Assembly: GCA_024279555.1 (NCBI GenBank)
Contig: JAJRRK010000012.1
Span: 1-37,548 of the forward strand
DNA length: 37,548 bases
DNA from: Campylobacterales bacterium
Lineage (GTDB): Bacteria; Campylobacterota; Campylobacteria; Campylobacterales; Sulfurovaceae
Direction: 5' to 3'
This document shows positions 18,318 through 26,943 of the stretch, in pieces (position 1 is the first letter of the stretch; every line of letters begins with the position of its first letter). Under the pieces are notes generated by a model. The model saw only the letters and a list, made by a program, of their open reading frames with translations, did not search any database and was not told the DNA's origin. The position numbers and the translations under genes were made by a program.

Positions 18318-19471
18318 AGTGCCGGCAGTGCATCCAGAGACACAGGAAGTCCTTTACCGTCCATGCTGATGACACCGACGGCAGGGATCCCCAGTTTGAG
18401 CAGCGGATCGGCCTTCAGGGGTTTCAGATGTACGGCAAAGACACGCTGTATACGGTCACTGCGAACACTGACCTCTTTGGGGGTGAACTCTGCCCGCTGT
18501 GCGATATGGGTCACCTTTGCAGCGATAGGACGGTCGGGGGCGGCATCGAGAAATATCTCCGCACTGTCCCCCAGCTTGATCTTCCCGTTCTCCAGCGTAT
18601 CGACAAAGATCTTCAAATAGAGAGAACGCGGATCTATCAGGGTGGCTACAGGCATCCCCGCCCCGACCACTTCTCCGACATTGGCAATCTTCTCTACGAC
18701 ATAGCCGTTAACGGGCGAACGCAGTGTCATCTCTTCTATCATCGCCATCACGCGTGCTTTCGACGCCCTCAATGCATCTATCTCCGCCTGAAGCGAAGCG
18801 AGCGTATCTTTGAGTGCCAGCAGTTTCTTTTGTGAAGCCTCGGCTTCTACCACATTGGTCCGGGAGATCGATATCACAGCCTGGACCTGCAGCTGTTTTT
18901 GTTCGAGCGCTTCAAGTTTCTCTTTTTCCGTGCTCACTTTCAACTTTGCCATTTCATAACTGTGCGGGTCTATGGTGCGGCTTTTGTAAAGCGTTTGGCT
19001 GCGTGAAAAATCCTTTTTCGCCTGTGTATACACCTCTTTTTGTACCTCGATGTTCTGCAGCAGTTCCTGAAACTGCGCACGATCTGCAGCAAGCTTCTCT
19101 TTGGCTTTTTTCAGTGCGAGAGGAATGGTCTTCTCAGAGATCTCCACTTCCACCTTTTTGGCAGCAAACAGCTTCTTCTTTGCGACTATCTGCGCTTCTA
19201 TCTCCTCTTTCTGTGCCTGCTGTTCCGCACTCTCCAGAACAGCAATGACCATTCCCTTTGTCACTGCCGCCCCTTCTTCGACGGTCATACTTTTGACTCT
19301 TCCCGGATATTTGGTATTAAGATTGGTCAGATCACCATCGATATGTCCGGTTCCCTGCACAAGGTTTTCAGGAAGTACTCTGGGATGCAGTTTCAGATAG
19401 ATCATCATGCTTGCGGCTGCCAGCAAAAGGGCGACCGCTGCCCATACCCCGTATTTTTTCATCATCTCCAT
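18314..19471 (-). CDS. HlyD-family periplasmic adaptor (YbhG/YhiI-like)
   Basis: N-terminal TM, lipoyl-like PGRV..M.VEEG and LRSPVNGYV, long coiled coil, AEFTPKEV motif. Start placed after the SMR stop; alternatives are 19465, 19462 and 19498. Confidence 0.88.
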   Translation of the reverse strand: MEMMKKYGVWAAVALLLAAASMMIYLKLHPRVLPENLVQGTGHIDGDLTNLNTKYPGRVKSMTVEEGAAVTKGMVIAVLESAEQQAQKEEIEAQIVAKKKLFAAKKVEVEISEKTIPLALKKAKEKLAADRAQFQELLQNIEVQKEVYTQAKKDFSRSQTLYKSRTIDPHSYEMAKLKVSTEKEKLEALEQKQLQVQAVISISRTNVVEAEASQKKLLALKDTLASLQAEIDALRASKARVMAMIEEMTLRSPVNGYVVEKIANVGEVVGAGMPVATLIDPRSLYLKIFVDTLENGKIKLGDSAEIFLDAAPDRPIAAKVTHIAQRAEFTPKEVSVRSDRIQRVFAVHLKPLKADPLLKLGIPAVGVISMDGKGLPVSLDALPAL

Positions 19472-19481
19472 TGTTTCCCTT

Positions 19482-19808
19482 TCACTGTCCTTCTCCACTC
19501 AAGTGTAATCCCACCACACCCATAATGATAAGTACAATACTGAGTATTTTCAATACTCCCATCGGTTCTTTAAAAAAGTAAAACCCCACGATGGTAATCA
19601 GTGCCGTACCTACACCCGACCAGACGGCGTATGCCATCGAGACATCAAATTTTTTGAGTGCCATTGTCAATGCTGCCAAAGAGAGTAGATACAACACAAA
19701 CATTGCAATAGAAGGCACCGTTTTTGTAAAGCCCTCTGAGAGCTTCATCATCGTCGTACCGGCGACTTCAAATACGATCGCTCCGATCAGATATATCCAG
19801 GAAAGCAT
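19482..19808 (-). CDS. SMR (EmrE/QacE-like) small multidrug exporter
   Basis: 108 aa with four TMs; Glu at position 14 (IVFEVAGTTMMK.SEGFT); AYAVWSGVG. Confidence 0.92.
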   Translation of the reverse strand: MLSWIYLIGAIVFEVAGTTMMKLSEGFTKTVPSIAMFVLYLLSLAALTMALKKFDVSMAYAVWSGVGTALITIVGFYFFKEPMGVLKILSIVLIIMGVVGLHLSGEGQ

Positions 19809-22800
19809 CTATTTTTTCTCCTATCGTTCCTTCATAATATTTTCTCAGCCATCTGTCCAAAGGATTGATCATCTTATAGATGACAGGCACCACCAGCAGG
19901 GTCAGCACCATCGAGGAGAGCAGCCCTCCAATGACGGCAATCGCCATCGGTGCTTTGGTCTCGCTACCCAGAGAGTCGCTCAATGCCAGCGGGAGCATCG
20001 CGAAGATCATGGCGATGGTGGTCATCAGGATCGGGCGAAGACGCTTCTCTCCCGCCTCCAGCAGTGCGGCATTGGCATCTTTACCTTTGGCGACCGCTTC
20101 ATTGGCGAAGTCTACCAGTAAGACAGCATTCTTGCCGACCATTCCCATCAGGAGCATAAACCCGATCATCACAAAGAGTGAAAAGTGCTGTCCGGTCAGG
20201 AAAAGCGCGATCATCACCCCGATAATGCTCAGCGGAAGCGCCACCATGATGATCACCGGTTGAATGAGCGACTCATACAGGATCGCTAAGATGATGAACA
20301 TCAAAATGACCGAAAGCCCCAGTGCCGCACCGAAAGCTTTGTTGGTCTTGACCATCTCTTCGGCAAACCCGGTGAACTTGTAGTCCACCCCGGGAGGCAG
20401 CAACTTGTCGATCCCCTCTTTGGTATACTTGACCGCCCCGCCCAGGTCGAGCCCGAAGAGATCGGAATAGACCGTTACCTGCCGCTGTCTGTCAAAGTGG
20501 TAAATCGCCGAGGGCGAAGTGGTCTCTTCAAAGGTCACCAACCCATCAAGATAGACCAGTTTTCCATTGGCGGCCCGCAGCTGTATCTTCTTGAGGTCCA
20601 TAATAGAGGTGCGCTCATCGTCAGGGAAACGCAGTGTGATGTCATACTGTTTTCCCTTTTGCTCAAAGTAGGATATCTCCAAATCGCTTGAGAAACCGAT
20701 GGCGATTGCCTGTGCGATCTGTGAAGCGGATATACCCAATCTGTTGGCATTCTCACGCAGTATCTTGATGTCGATCTGCGGTTTCCCCTCATCCATATTG
20801 CTGTCGATGTCCACAAAGCCTTTCTTCTTGGCGAGGTAGTCCATCAGCTTCTTTTTGGCTTCATCCAGTTTTTCGAAGCTGTCACCCTTGAGTACGATCT
20901 GGTACGGTACCGAAACCCCTGCCCCTTTGATATTGGGGATTGCCGCAGCGGTAATATACATCTGTTTCTCGAAGGCCTTCAGCTTCTTCCTGAACTGCTG
21001 AATGATCTCTTCTTGGTGGATCGTACGCTTGGATTTCGGCGTAAGCTTGACATAGATCAGTGCTTTGTTCTTTTCCTTGACCGAGTTGTACCCTACGCTC
21101 AGCGTCGTAAAGAGGACATTTTTGTCTTCGCGTATCCTCTGCTCGACCGCTTTGGACTGGCGTATCATCTCCTCAAGCGAGATACCCGGTTTGGCACGCA
21201 GCTTCACCTCGAACTCCGCCTTGTCCTCTTTGGGAATGAAGTCCATCCCGATCTTTGGAAAGAGCGAGAGTGATCCAAAAAAGATCGCCAGAACCACAAT
21301 AAGGGTGATGACTTTAAAACGCAGCACCAATTTGAGCGCCGCATCGTAAACATGCTCCATCGCCTTGAAAAACGGTTCGGTGACATTATAAAACCGACTC
21401 TCGCCTTTGTGAAGTACCCGTGCACTCACACTCGGCATGAAGGTCATCGCCACGGTGTAGGAGATGATGACAGCAAAACCCACCGTCATCGCAAAACTCT
21501 CGAAAAACTTTCCCACAATCCCGTCCATATTCGCCACGGGAATGAAAACGGCAAGCAGCATTGCCGAAATGGCAAGAATAGCAAACGCCATCTCCTTGAC
21601 CCCCTCGACCGCCGCTTCGAATCTGCCCATCCCCGCTTCCATCTTCTTGTAGATATTCTCCAGCACCACAATGGCATCGTCTATGATGATCCCGATGGAG
21701 AGCGTTAGACCGATGAGCGTCATCTTGTTCAGATCAAACCCCATGAAATCCATCAGCGCGATGGTACCCATGATGGAGACCGGAATAGAGAGTGCTGAGA
21801 CGATGGTAATGGTGAAGTTGCGCAGGAAACCAAAAATGATGATAACCGCCAGAAACGCCCCGTAGATCAGGTCGAACTCTACATCTTTGAGTGAGTGGAT
21901 GATGAACGGTGTGGTATCCTGAAGTACCTGCACGCCGTACTTCTCTCCCGCAACCTTCTTCAAGGCAGGAATAGTCTCCTTGACCCGCTTGACGATCTCC
22001 AGCGTGTTGGTGCCCGAGATCTTCTGGATCTCCAGCATCACGCCCGGCGTACCGTTGTAGGAGGCATAGCTGTCCGGGTCACTAAGGGTATCTTCCACCT
22101 TCGCTACATCTTTAAGCCGTATATCGTCTTTGATGATGATGTTACGAAGCTCTTCCACACTCAGCGCATCAGCTCTGGTTTTAAGAATAAGCTCTTTGGT
22201 CTTGGTAATGAGCTTTCCGCCGCCGATCTTGACATTCTCCCTTGAGACAATGGCATTGAGCTCACGTATCGTAATACCGAACTTGTTGAGTTCACGGATA
22301 TCAGGGAGTATCTTGATCTCCCTGTCACGATAGCCAATGATATTGATAGCACCCACCCCGTTGATCTTCTGCAACATCGGCTTTGCCTTTTCATCGGCAA
22401 AGAGCATCAGATTCTGCAGCGTGTCCTTTTGGGCAGTCAGAAACACATTGACCACCGGTGCACCGCCGATGTCGAGTTTGCTTACCAACGGTGTTTTGGC
22501 ATCTTTGGGCAGTATGACGGCAGAGACCTTGTCCCGTACATCGTTGGTTGCTTCGTTGATGTCTCGCTCAAGAAAAAACTTGACCATCACTACCGATGCC
22601 CCCTCGGAGCTGGTAGAGGTGATGGCATCGACCCCGCCGATACGCGAGATGGCCTCTTCGATCTTCTCCGTCACCTGTGACTCCACCGTACCCGCTTCCG
22701 CACCGGGATAGATGGTTTTGATGGTTACCATCGGAAAATCGACATTGGGAAAGAGAGCAGATGGCATACTTTTGAAACTAAGCCACCCGAAGATCACCAG

Positions 22801-22854
22801 TGTAAAAACATACATCAGTGTCGCGATGGGACGGTTAATGGCTAATTTGTACAT
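19768..22854 (-). CDS. RND efflux pump permease (HefC/CmeF-like, HAE1)
   Basis: Starts MYKLAINRP; proton-relay motifs IIIDDAIVV, VGKNAVLL and RLRPILMTT are intact. Confidence 0.95.
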   Translation of the reverse strand: MYKLAINRPIATLMYVFTLVIFGWLSFKSMPSALFPNVDFPMVTIKTIYPGAEAGTVESQVTEKIEEAISRIGGVDAITSTSSEGASVVMVKFFLERDINEATNDVRDKVSAVILPKDAKTPLVSKLDIGGAPVVNVFLTAQKDTLQNLMLFADEKAKPMLQKINGVGAINIIGYRDREIKILPDIRELNKFGITIRELNAIVSRENVKIGGGKLITKTKELILKTRADALSVEELRNIIIKDDIRLKDVAKVEDTLSDPDSYASYNGTPGVMLEIQKISGTNTLEIVKRVKETIPALKKVAGEKYGVQVLQDTTPFIIHSLKDVEFDLIYGAFLAVIIIFGFLRNFTITIVSALSIPVSIMGTIALMDFMGFDLNKMTLIGLTLSIGIIIDDAIVVLENIYKKMEAGMGRFEAAVEGVKEMAFAILAISAMLLAVFIPVANMDGIVGKFFESFAMTVGFAVIISYTVAMTFMPSVSARVLHKGESRFYNVTEPFFKAMEHVYDAALKLVLRFKVITLIVVLAIFFGSLSLFPKIGMDFIPKEDKAEFEVKLRAKPGISLEEMIRQSKAVEQRIREDKNVLFTTLSVGYNSVKEKNKALIYVKLTPKSKRTIHQEEIIQQFRKKLKAFEKQMYITAAAIPNIKGAGVSVPYQIVLKGDSFEKLDEAKKKLMDYLAKKKGFVDIDSNMDEGKPQIDIKILRENANRLGISASQIAQAIAIGFSSDLEISYFEQKGKQYDITLRFPDDERTSIMDLKKIQLRAANGKLVYLDGLVTFEETTSPSAIYHFDRQRQVTVYSDLFGLDLGGAVKYTKEGIDKLLPPGVDYKFTGFAEEMVKTNKAFGAALGLSVILMFIILAILYESLIQPVIIMVALPLSIIGVMIALFLTGQHFSLFVMIGFMLLMGMVGKNAVLLVDFANEAVAKGKDANAALLEAGEKRLRPILMTTIAMIFAMLPLALSDSLGSETKAPMAIAVIGGLLSSMVLTLLVVPVIYKMINPLDRWLRKYYEGTIGEKIDAFLDISDRSDRI

Positions 22855-22863
22855 ACTGCTTCC

Positions 22864-23574
22864 CTACTTCGTATCGGGTATGATGATATAGCCATCACCG
22901 AACAGTCCAGGTGTAAAGCCTTCTGCTTCAATTTCCGCTTTGATCTTTCGGTTGTTACTGTCGGCATAGGGGTAGACTTTGTCTATCGTACCGGTGTAGG
23001 TCTTGGTATCACCATCCACCCGGTAGGTGAATGTCAAACCGGGTTTGATCACCTTCCAGTACTTCTGGTCTATTTCCAAAACCAGCTTGCGTTTATGCAG
23101 ACTCTGTACCTTCAGTACCGTGCGTATCATCGCACCGCTGACCGCATCACCCTTCTCTATCTTTTTTTCATATACAACACCGTCAAATGGTGCCTTGAGC
23201 AGTGTCTTGTCATAGAGTGCCTGTTTGAGTGCAAGCTCCGCTTTGGCACGCTCATATTTGAAAGCGTAGGAGTCGAACTTGGCAGCATCAACCAGATTTT
23301 TCACCTTGCGCTGCCGCTCATAGTCCCGCTTGGCAAACTTGAGCGTTGTTTTAGCGATCTCCAGTGCCGCTTTGGCATCGCTGTTCTCCAAAGCTGCAAG
23401 CACCTCTCCCTCTTTCACCACCGAAGCAACTTCTACATTGATCTTCCCTACAATCCCCGTTGCGGTGAATGCCAGATCGGCATGCCGTGCCGCCTCAACA
23501 TTGAAGGTCGCATAGATATCTTCTGCCTGCAGTGCTCCTGCCAACAGCAGGATGGTAAACAGTAAACGTTTCAT
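22864..23574 (-). CDS. RND periplasmic adaptor (HefB/CmeE-like, short)
   Basis: Signal peptide, LKAPFDGVV, KVYP and PGLFGDG; lies between the TolC and RND genes. Confidence 0.9.
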   Translation of the reverse strand: MKRLLFTILLLAGALQAEDIYATFNVEAARHADLAFTATGIVGKINVEVASVVKEGEVLAALENSDAKAALEIAKTTLKFAKRDYERQRKVKNLVDAAKFDSYAFKYERAKAELALKQALYDKTLLKAPFDGVVYEKKIEKGDAVSGAMIRTVLKVQSLHKRKLVLEIDQKYWKVIKPGLTFTYRVDGDTKTYTGTIDKVYPYADSNNRKIKAEIEAEGFTPGLFGDGYIIIPDTK

Positions 23575-24836
23575 CTGATGAACTCCTTGGGGTCTTTCCC
23601 CGCATAATAGTAATAAATGGATTTTTTGATCTCATAGTCATAGATCGTCTCTTTGTAGCGTGCTTCAGCCAGTGTTTTTTGTGTCAGCGCATCGAGGAAT
23701 GCTATGTCATCCACCAGACCCGTCTCAAACTTTTTGCGGATGGTGCGATAGGTACTTTCTGCTGCCTTGAGCGCACTTTTGGCACTTTTCATCTTCGCCC
23801 TTACAGTACGCAAATTCTGCCGTGCCAAACGAAAATGCATCTTCTGCTCTCGCTTGGCATGGTCGAGTTCAGAAAGCAGTGCCAATTTCCGGTAACGTAC
23901 CGCCTCACTCTCTTTGGCGATCTTCCCGTTGTCAAAAAGCCGCATATGCACTTCAAGCTTCAATTCATTCTGATGGTCAATAATGAACCCGTCATCACTC
24001 AGAGACGGTATACCCGGTACAGTAGGAACACTAAGCTGGTCATCGAAGTGGGACCGATAATAGGTGTCAGAGATGCCTACCTGAGGCAGGTAGGCAGCAT
24101 CGATCGCTTTGGCATTCTCACCGACTGCTTTGGCATTGGCCTCGAGTATTTTAATACCGTCAAACCATTCAAAACCAACCTTTTTGGGCTCTTGAAAATA
24201 GTTGCGCTTCAGCCCGCTTACGGAAAGTCCTGTGATCAGACTGAGGTTCTCCCTGCTCGTTTCAATACGCAACTTTGTGTTTTCCATTGTGTAACGGTTG
24301 TTGTCATAGACAGCCTGAAGCTTGTCCACCTCCTCTTGTGTTGCCAAACCGGTACGCAAGAACTTCTTTACCCTCTCAATCTGTGCTTTGAGCTCTTTGG
24401 AACGCTCCTGCAACGCATGCAGATTTGCCTGTAACTGTTTGATGCCGAAGTAGTGCTGCACGATCTGAAGTGTCACACTCTTTTCAAACGCCTGCTTCTC
24501 AAAAAGTGAAGCCTCTTTTTCATACTCTCTCGCACGCAACTGCGCACTTTTGCGTCCTCCGTCATAAAGATCAAGATTGACAGAAGCAAATACCGTTGCC
24601 TCCACACCGGGAGAGACCAGGTAGTTTGGATTCCTCTTGCTGTAACTTCCGCCAACATCCAGTGTCGGCCAGTAGGCACTCTGCGCTGCCTCTACGCTGC
24701 TTTGTCCGGCCTTGATGCGTATCTCTTTGGCCTTGATCTGTCCGTTGTTTTTCTGTGCTGCATCAATGAACGTTTTAAGCCCATAGCTCTGTGACATACC
24801 CATCACAGGGATCAGCAGTAAATAGACCCATTTCAT
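23571..24836 (-). CDS. TolC-family outer membrane efflux channel (HefA/CmeD-like)
   Basis: Two OEP repeats (SAYWPTLDV / AAYLPQVGI; LYDGG / LFDNG) and KKFETGL. Confidence 0.92.
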   Translation of the reverse strand: MKWVYLLLIPVMGMSQSYGLKTFIDAAQKNNGQIKAKEIRIKAGQSSVEAAQSAYWPTLDVGGSYSKRNPNYLVSPGVEATVFASVNLDLYDGGRKSAQLRAREYEKEASLFEKQAFEKSVTLQIVQHYFGIKQLQANLHALQERSKELKAQIERVKKFLRTGLATQEEVDKLQAVYDNNRYTMENTKLRIETSRENLSLITGLSVSGLKRNYFQEPKKVGFEWFDGIKILEANAKAVGENAKAIDAAYLPQVGISDTYYRSHFDDQLSVPTVPGIPSLSDDGFIIDHQNELKLEVHMRLFDNGKIAKESEAVRYRKLALLSELDHAKREQKMHFRLARQNLRTVRAKMKSAKSALKAAESTYRTIRKKFETGLVDDIAFLDALTQKTLAEARYKETIYDYEIKKSIYYYYAGKDPKEFIR

Positions 24837-25444
24837 TCATTCACTCCTTGCTGTAGATACCCTGCCAATGCGAATATGGTATCGATATAGTGATGTATCA
24901 TCCCTTTAAGATCCTCCATGCTGTGCGTTGTTTCCGAAGCGATGAACATCCCTTCGGCTGTAGAGAAAAGACCCCGAGAAAGTGCTCTGAATGAAGCAGG
25001 AACCTCTCCTTTTGCAATCCCCTCATCAATGATACGCTCAAACCAACCATAGTAATATTCAAAACACTCCGTCTGGAATGCCATCATCTCACAGTTGGGT
25101 GTCAGCAGGGAAATCCCCACGAACATTTTATAGAGATTACGCAGATCCTCGCTCTCTTCTTCATAAAAAAAGTCTGAAAACACCTTGATCTTCTCTATCG
25201 TAGTTGCTACCTGTGAGAGTTTATACTCTTTACGCACATTGTACTCGCGCAACAGTATATTCACCAGCTCAAACAGCAGTGCCTCTTTGCTGCTGAAATA
25301 CTCATAGAATGTTCCCTTCCCGATCCCTGCCGTTTTGGCAATATGGGAAATGGTTAGATTGTGTATACCCTGCTCCAAAATAATATCTTTGCATGCAAGT
25401 GCGATATCTTTACGTTTTTGCTCTTTGTCGACTATGATCGCCAT
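24833..25444 (-). CDS. TetR/AcrR-family transcriptional regulator
   Basis: HTH TISHIAKTAGIGKGTFYEYFSSKEAL; first gene of the efflux operon; AGGAG RBS. Confidence 0.95.
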   Translation of the reverse strand: MAIIVDKEQKRKDIALACKDIILEQGIHNLTISHIAKTAGIGKGTFYEYFSSKEALLFELVNILLREYNVRKEYKLSQVATTIEKIKVFSDFFYEEESEDLRNLYKMFVGISLLTPNCEMMAFQTECFEYYYGWFERIIDEGIAKGEVPASFRALSRGLFSTAEGMFIASETTHSMEDLKGMIHHYIDTIFALAGYLQQGVNE

Positions 25445-25451
25445 GGCTTCT

Positions 25452-25490
25452 CCTATAATGACTGACCGTCGGTCAATGAATGATTATAGG
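25452..25490 (-). promoter_or_regulatory. Efflux-operon promoter with putative TetR operator
   Basis: Perfect palindrome TGACCG-T-CGGTCA (25463-25475) lies between the minus-strand -10 TATAAT (25483-25488) and the RBS. An outer inverted repeat reads CCTATAAT (25452-25459) / ATTATAGG (25483-25490). Confidence 0.75.
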
Positions 25491-25542
25491 CTTGTTTTCC
25501 TGAAGCTTAGATAAAGGGCATCTTTAAAAAGATTTGAGACTG

Positions 25543-26637
25543 TTACCGCAGTCTCTCCTTCAATGTCCGGATACGTCCATATGACTGTTCAATACGCTCA
25601 CTACGCACTTTCCCCTCTTTGACAAGCTGAGTCACTGTTTCGACAAGTTTACGGGTTGACACCACTTTTTTGGGATCGAGCTGATTGCCAAAGAGCAAGA
25701 TGTCATCGCCCGCATTGATGGCAAGCTGCAGGGTTCTCTTGAGCCCGTATTTTTTACTGATGGCACCCATTTGCAGATCATCGGTGATGACCACGCCATT
25801 GAAACCAAGCTTTTTGCGCAGCAGTCCATCCACGGTTTTGCCTGAGAGGGTCGCAGGGTATGCGGCATCGAGTTTTTTGTTAAATACATGGGCTACCATC
25901 ACCGTATCGGCTTTGTGGTTGAGCAGTCTGTAGGGTTCAAGCTCCATCGGTTTCCACAGGTGCGTCACATCGACAAAACCTTTGTGGGTGTCGCCCACCG
26001 AAGAGCCGTGACCGGGAAAGTGCTTGAGTGAGGTCAACACCCCATACCGGTGCATGGCATCAATAAAGATCGAAGCATACTTCGTGACCGTCTTGGGGTC
26101 TTTGCCAAACGAGCGCCCCAATCCGTGAATGACATGGTTCTTGGGATTGATATCCAGATCAACCACCGGTGCGAGATCATAGTTAATCCCCACCCCTTTA
26201 AGCTCTTTTGCCATCTTTTCGTAGGTCTGCTTCATCTTGGCCGTACCCGACTTGACCACATCGGCTGCTTTGGGGAAATTGCCATAAAAGCCGTATTTGC
26301 TTTTAAGACGCTGTACCCGCCCCCCTTCCTGATCGACCGCGATGAGTAAGTCGTGCCTTGGACTGCATGATTGCAACTCCTTGGTCAGCCGTGCTACCTG
26401 TACCTTGTTTGCAATATTCTTTGGTTTGGTCTTGTCAACAGGGTTAAAGTCAAACAGTATCACTGCACCCAGATCATACCGCTTTATATCTTTACATATC
26501 TGCGAGTTTGGCTTGGCACTCGTTCCATGAAAGCCCACCATCAGCATCTGCCCTATCTTCTGCTCCAGCGGCACATCCGCCAATACTACCGCACTGAATA
26601 CACCAAAACCAACCAAAACGTTCTTAATCATTATCAT
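25543..26637 (-). CDS. GH3 beta-N-acetylhexosaminidase (NagZ-like), probably exported
   Basis: IAVDQEGGRVQRL, APVVD, RSFG, KHFPGHGS..GDTH and ITDDLQMGAI; hydrophobic N-terminal signal-like segment. Confidence 0.88.
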   Translation of the reverse strand: MIMIKNVLVGFGVFSAVVLADVPLEQKIGQMLMVGFHGTSAKPNSQICKDIKRYDLGAVILFDFNPVDKTKPKNIANKVQVARLTKELQSCSPRHDLLIAVDQEGGRVQRLKSKYGFYGNFPKAADVVKSGTAKMKQTYEKMAKELKGVGINYDLAPVVDLDINPKNHVIHGLGRSFGKDPKTVTKYASIFIDAMHRYGVLTSLKHFPGHGSSVGDTHKGFVDVTHLWKPMELEPYRLLNHKADTVMVAHVFNKKLDAAYPATLSGKTVDGLLRKKLGFNGVVITDDLQMGAISKKYGLKRTLQLAINAGDDILLFGNQLDPKKVVSTRKLVETVTQLVKEGKVRSERIEQSYGRIRTLKERLR

Positions 26638-26640
26638 CCT

Positions 26641-26668
26641 TCATTACTCATTACTCATTACTCATTAT
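26641..26668. repeat. Heptamer tandem repeat (TCATTAC)x3 + TCATTAT
   Basis: Read directly, immediately upstream of the GH3 gene start. Confidence 0.85.
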
Positions 26669-26721
26669 TTTACCCGCCCGTTATTAGTATTCGGTTAAAC
26701 TTGTTCTTTTATACTTGCACC

Positions 26722-26842
26722 ATAAGAGCATCGGAAGATACCAAGAAATCCCTCCTCCCTAATAAACGATTTCATTTTGGTCTCCCTTTTTCATAGATTT
26801 TTCCTCCTCCTTTTTTATGACTTTCCGATGCTCTTAGTTTTT
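26722..26842 (+). ncRNA. Candidate small RNA: three-way junction with two CCUCCUCC loops
   Basis: -10 TATACT at 26710-26715; 14-bp perfect closing stem 26723-26736/26823-26836; two internal hairpins with C/U-rich loops; U-tract after the stem. Confidence 0.6.
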
Positions 26843-26877
26843 CTTCATCAAACAAACTCCATCATTTTTCATCAAAA

Positions 26878-26920
26878 TTACACGATTATTACATAATGGT
26901 TAATGTATAATGTCTATAAT
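26878..26920 (+). promoter_or_regulatory. Promoter of the thioredoxin-like gene with an 11-bp-period direct repeat (TTACAC/TTACAT)
   Basis: TTACA at 26878 and 26889, followed by two TATAAT hexamers. Confidence 0.4.
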
Positions 26921-26943
26921 TAAATAAAAAAAGGTACCCATAC

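Noticed and set aside
19768-19808. 41-nt RND/SMR overlap as a sign of frameshift
   Set aside because: Both proteins are full length with intact motifs; the overlap is only a short C-terminal tail.
13359-25444. Efflux block as a mobile element or integron cassette array (qac-like SMR)
   Set aside because: No integrase, transposase, attC-like sites, flanking repeats or tRNA were seen, and the composition looks like the core genes.
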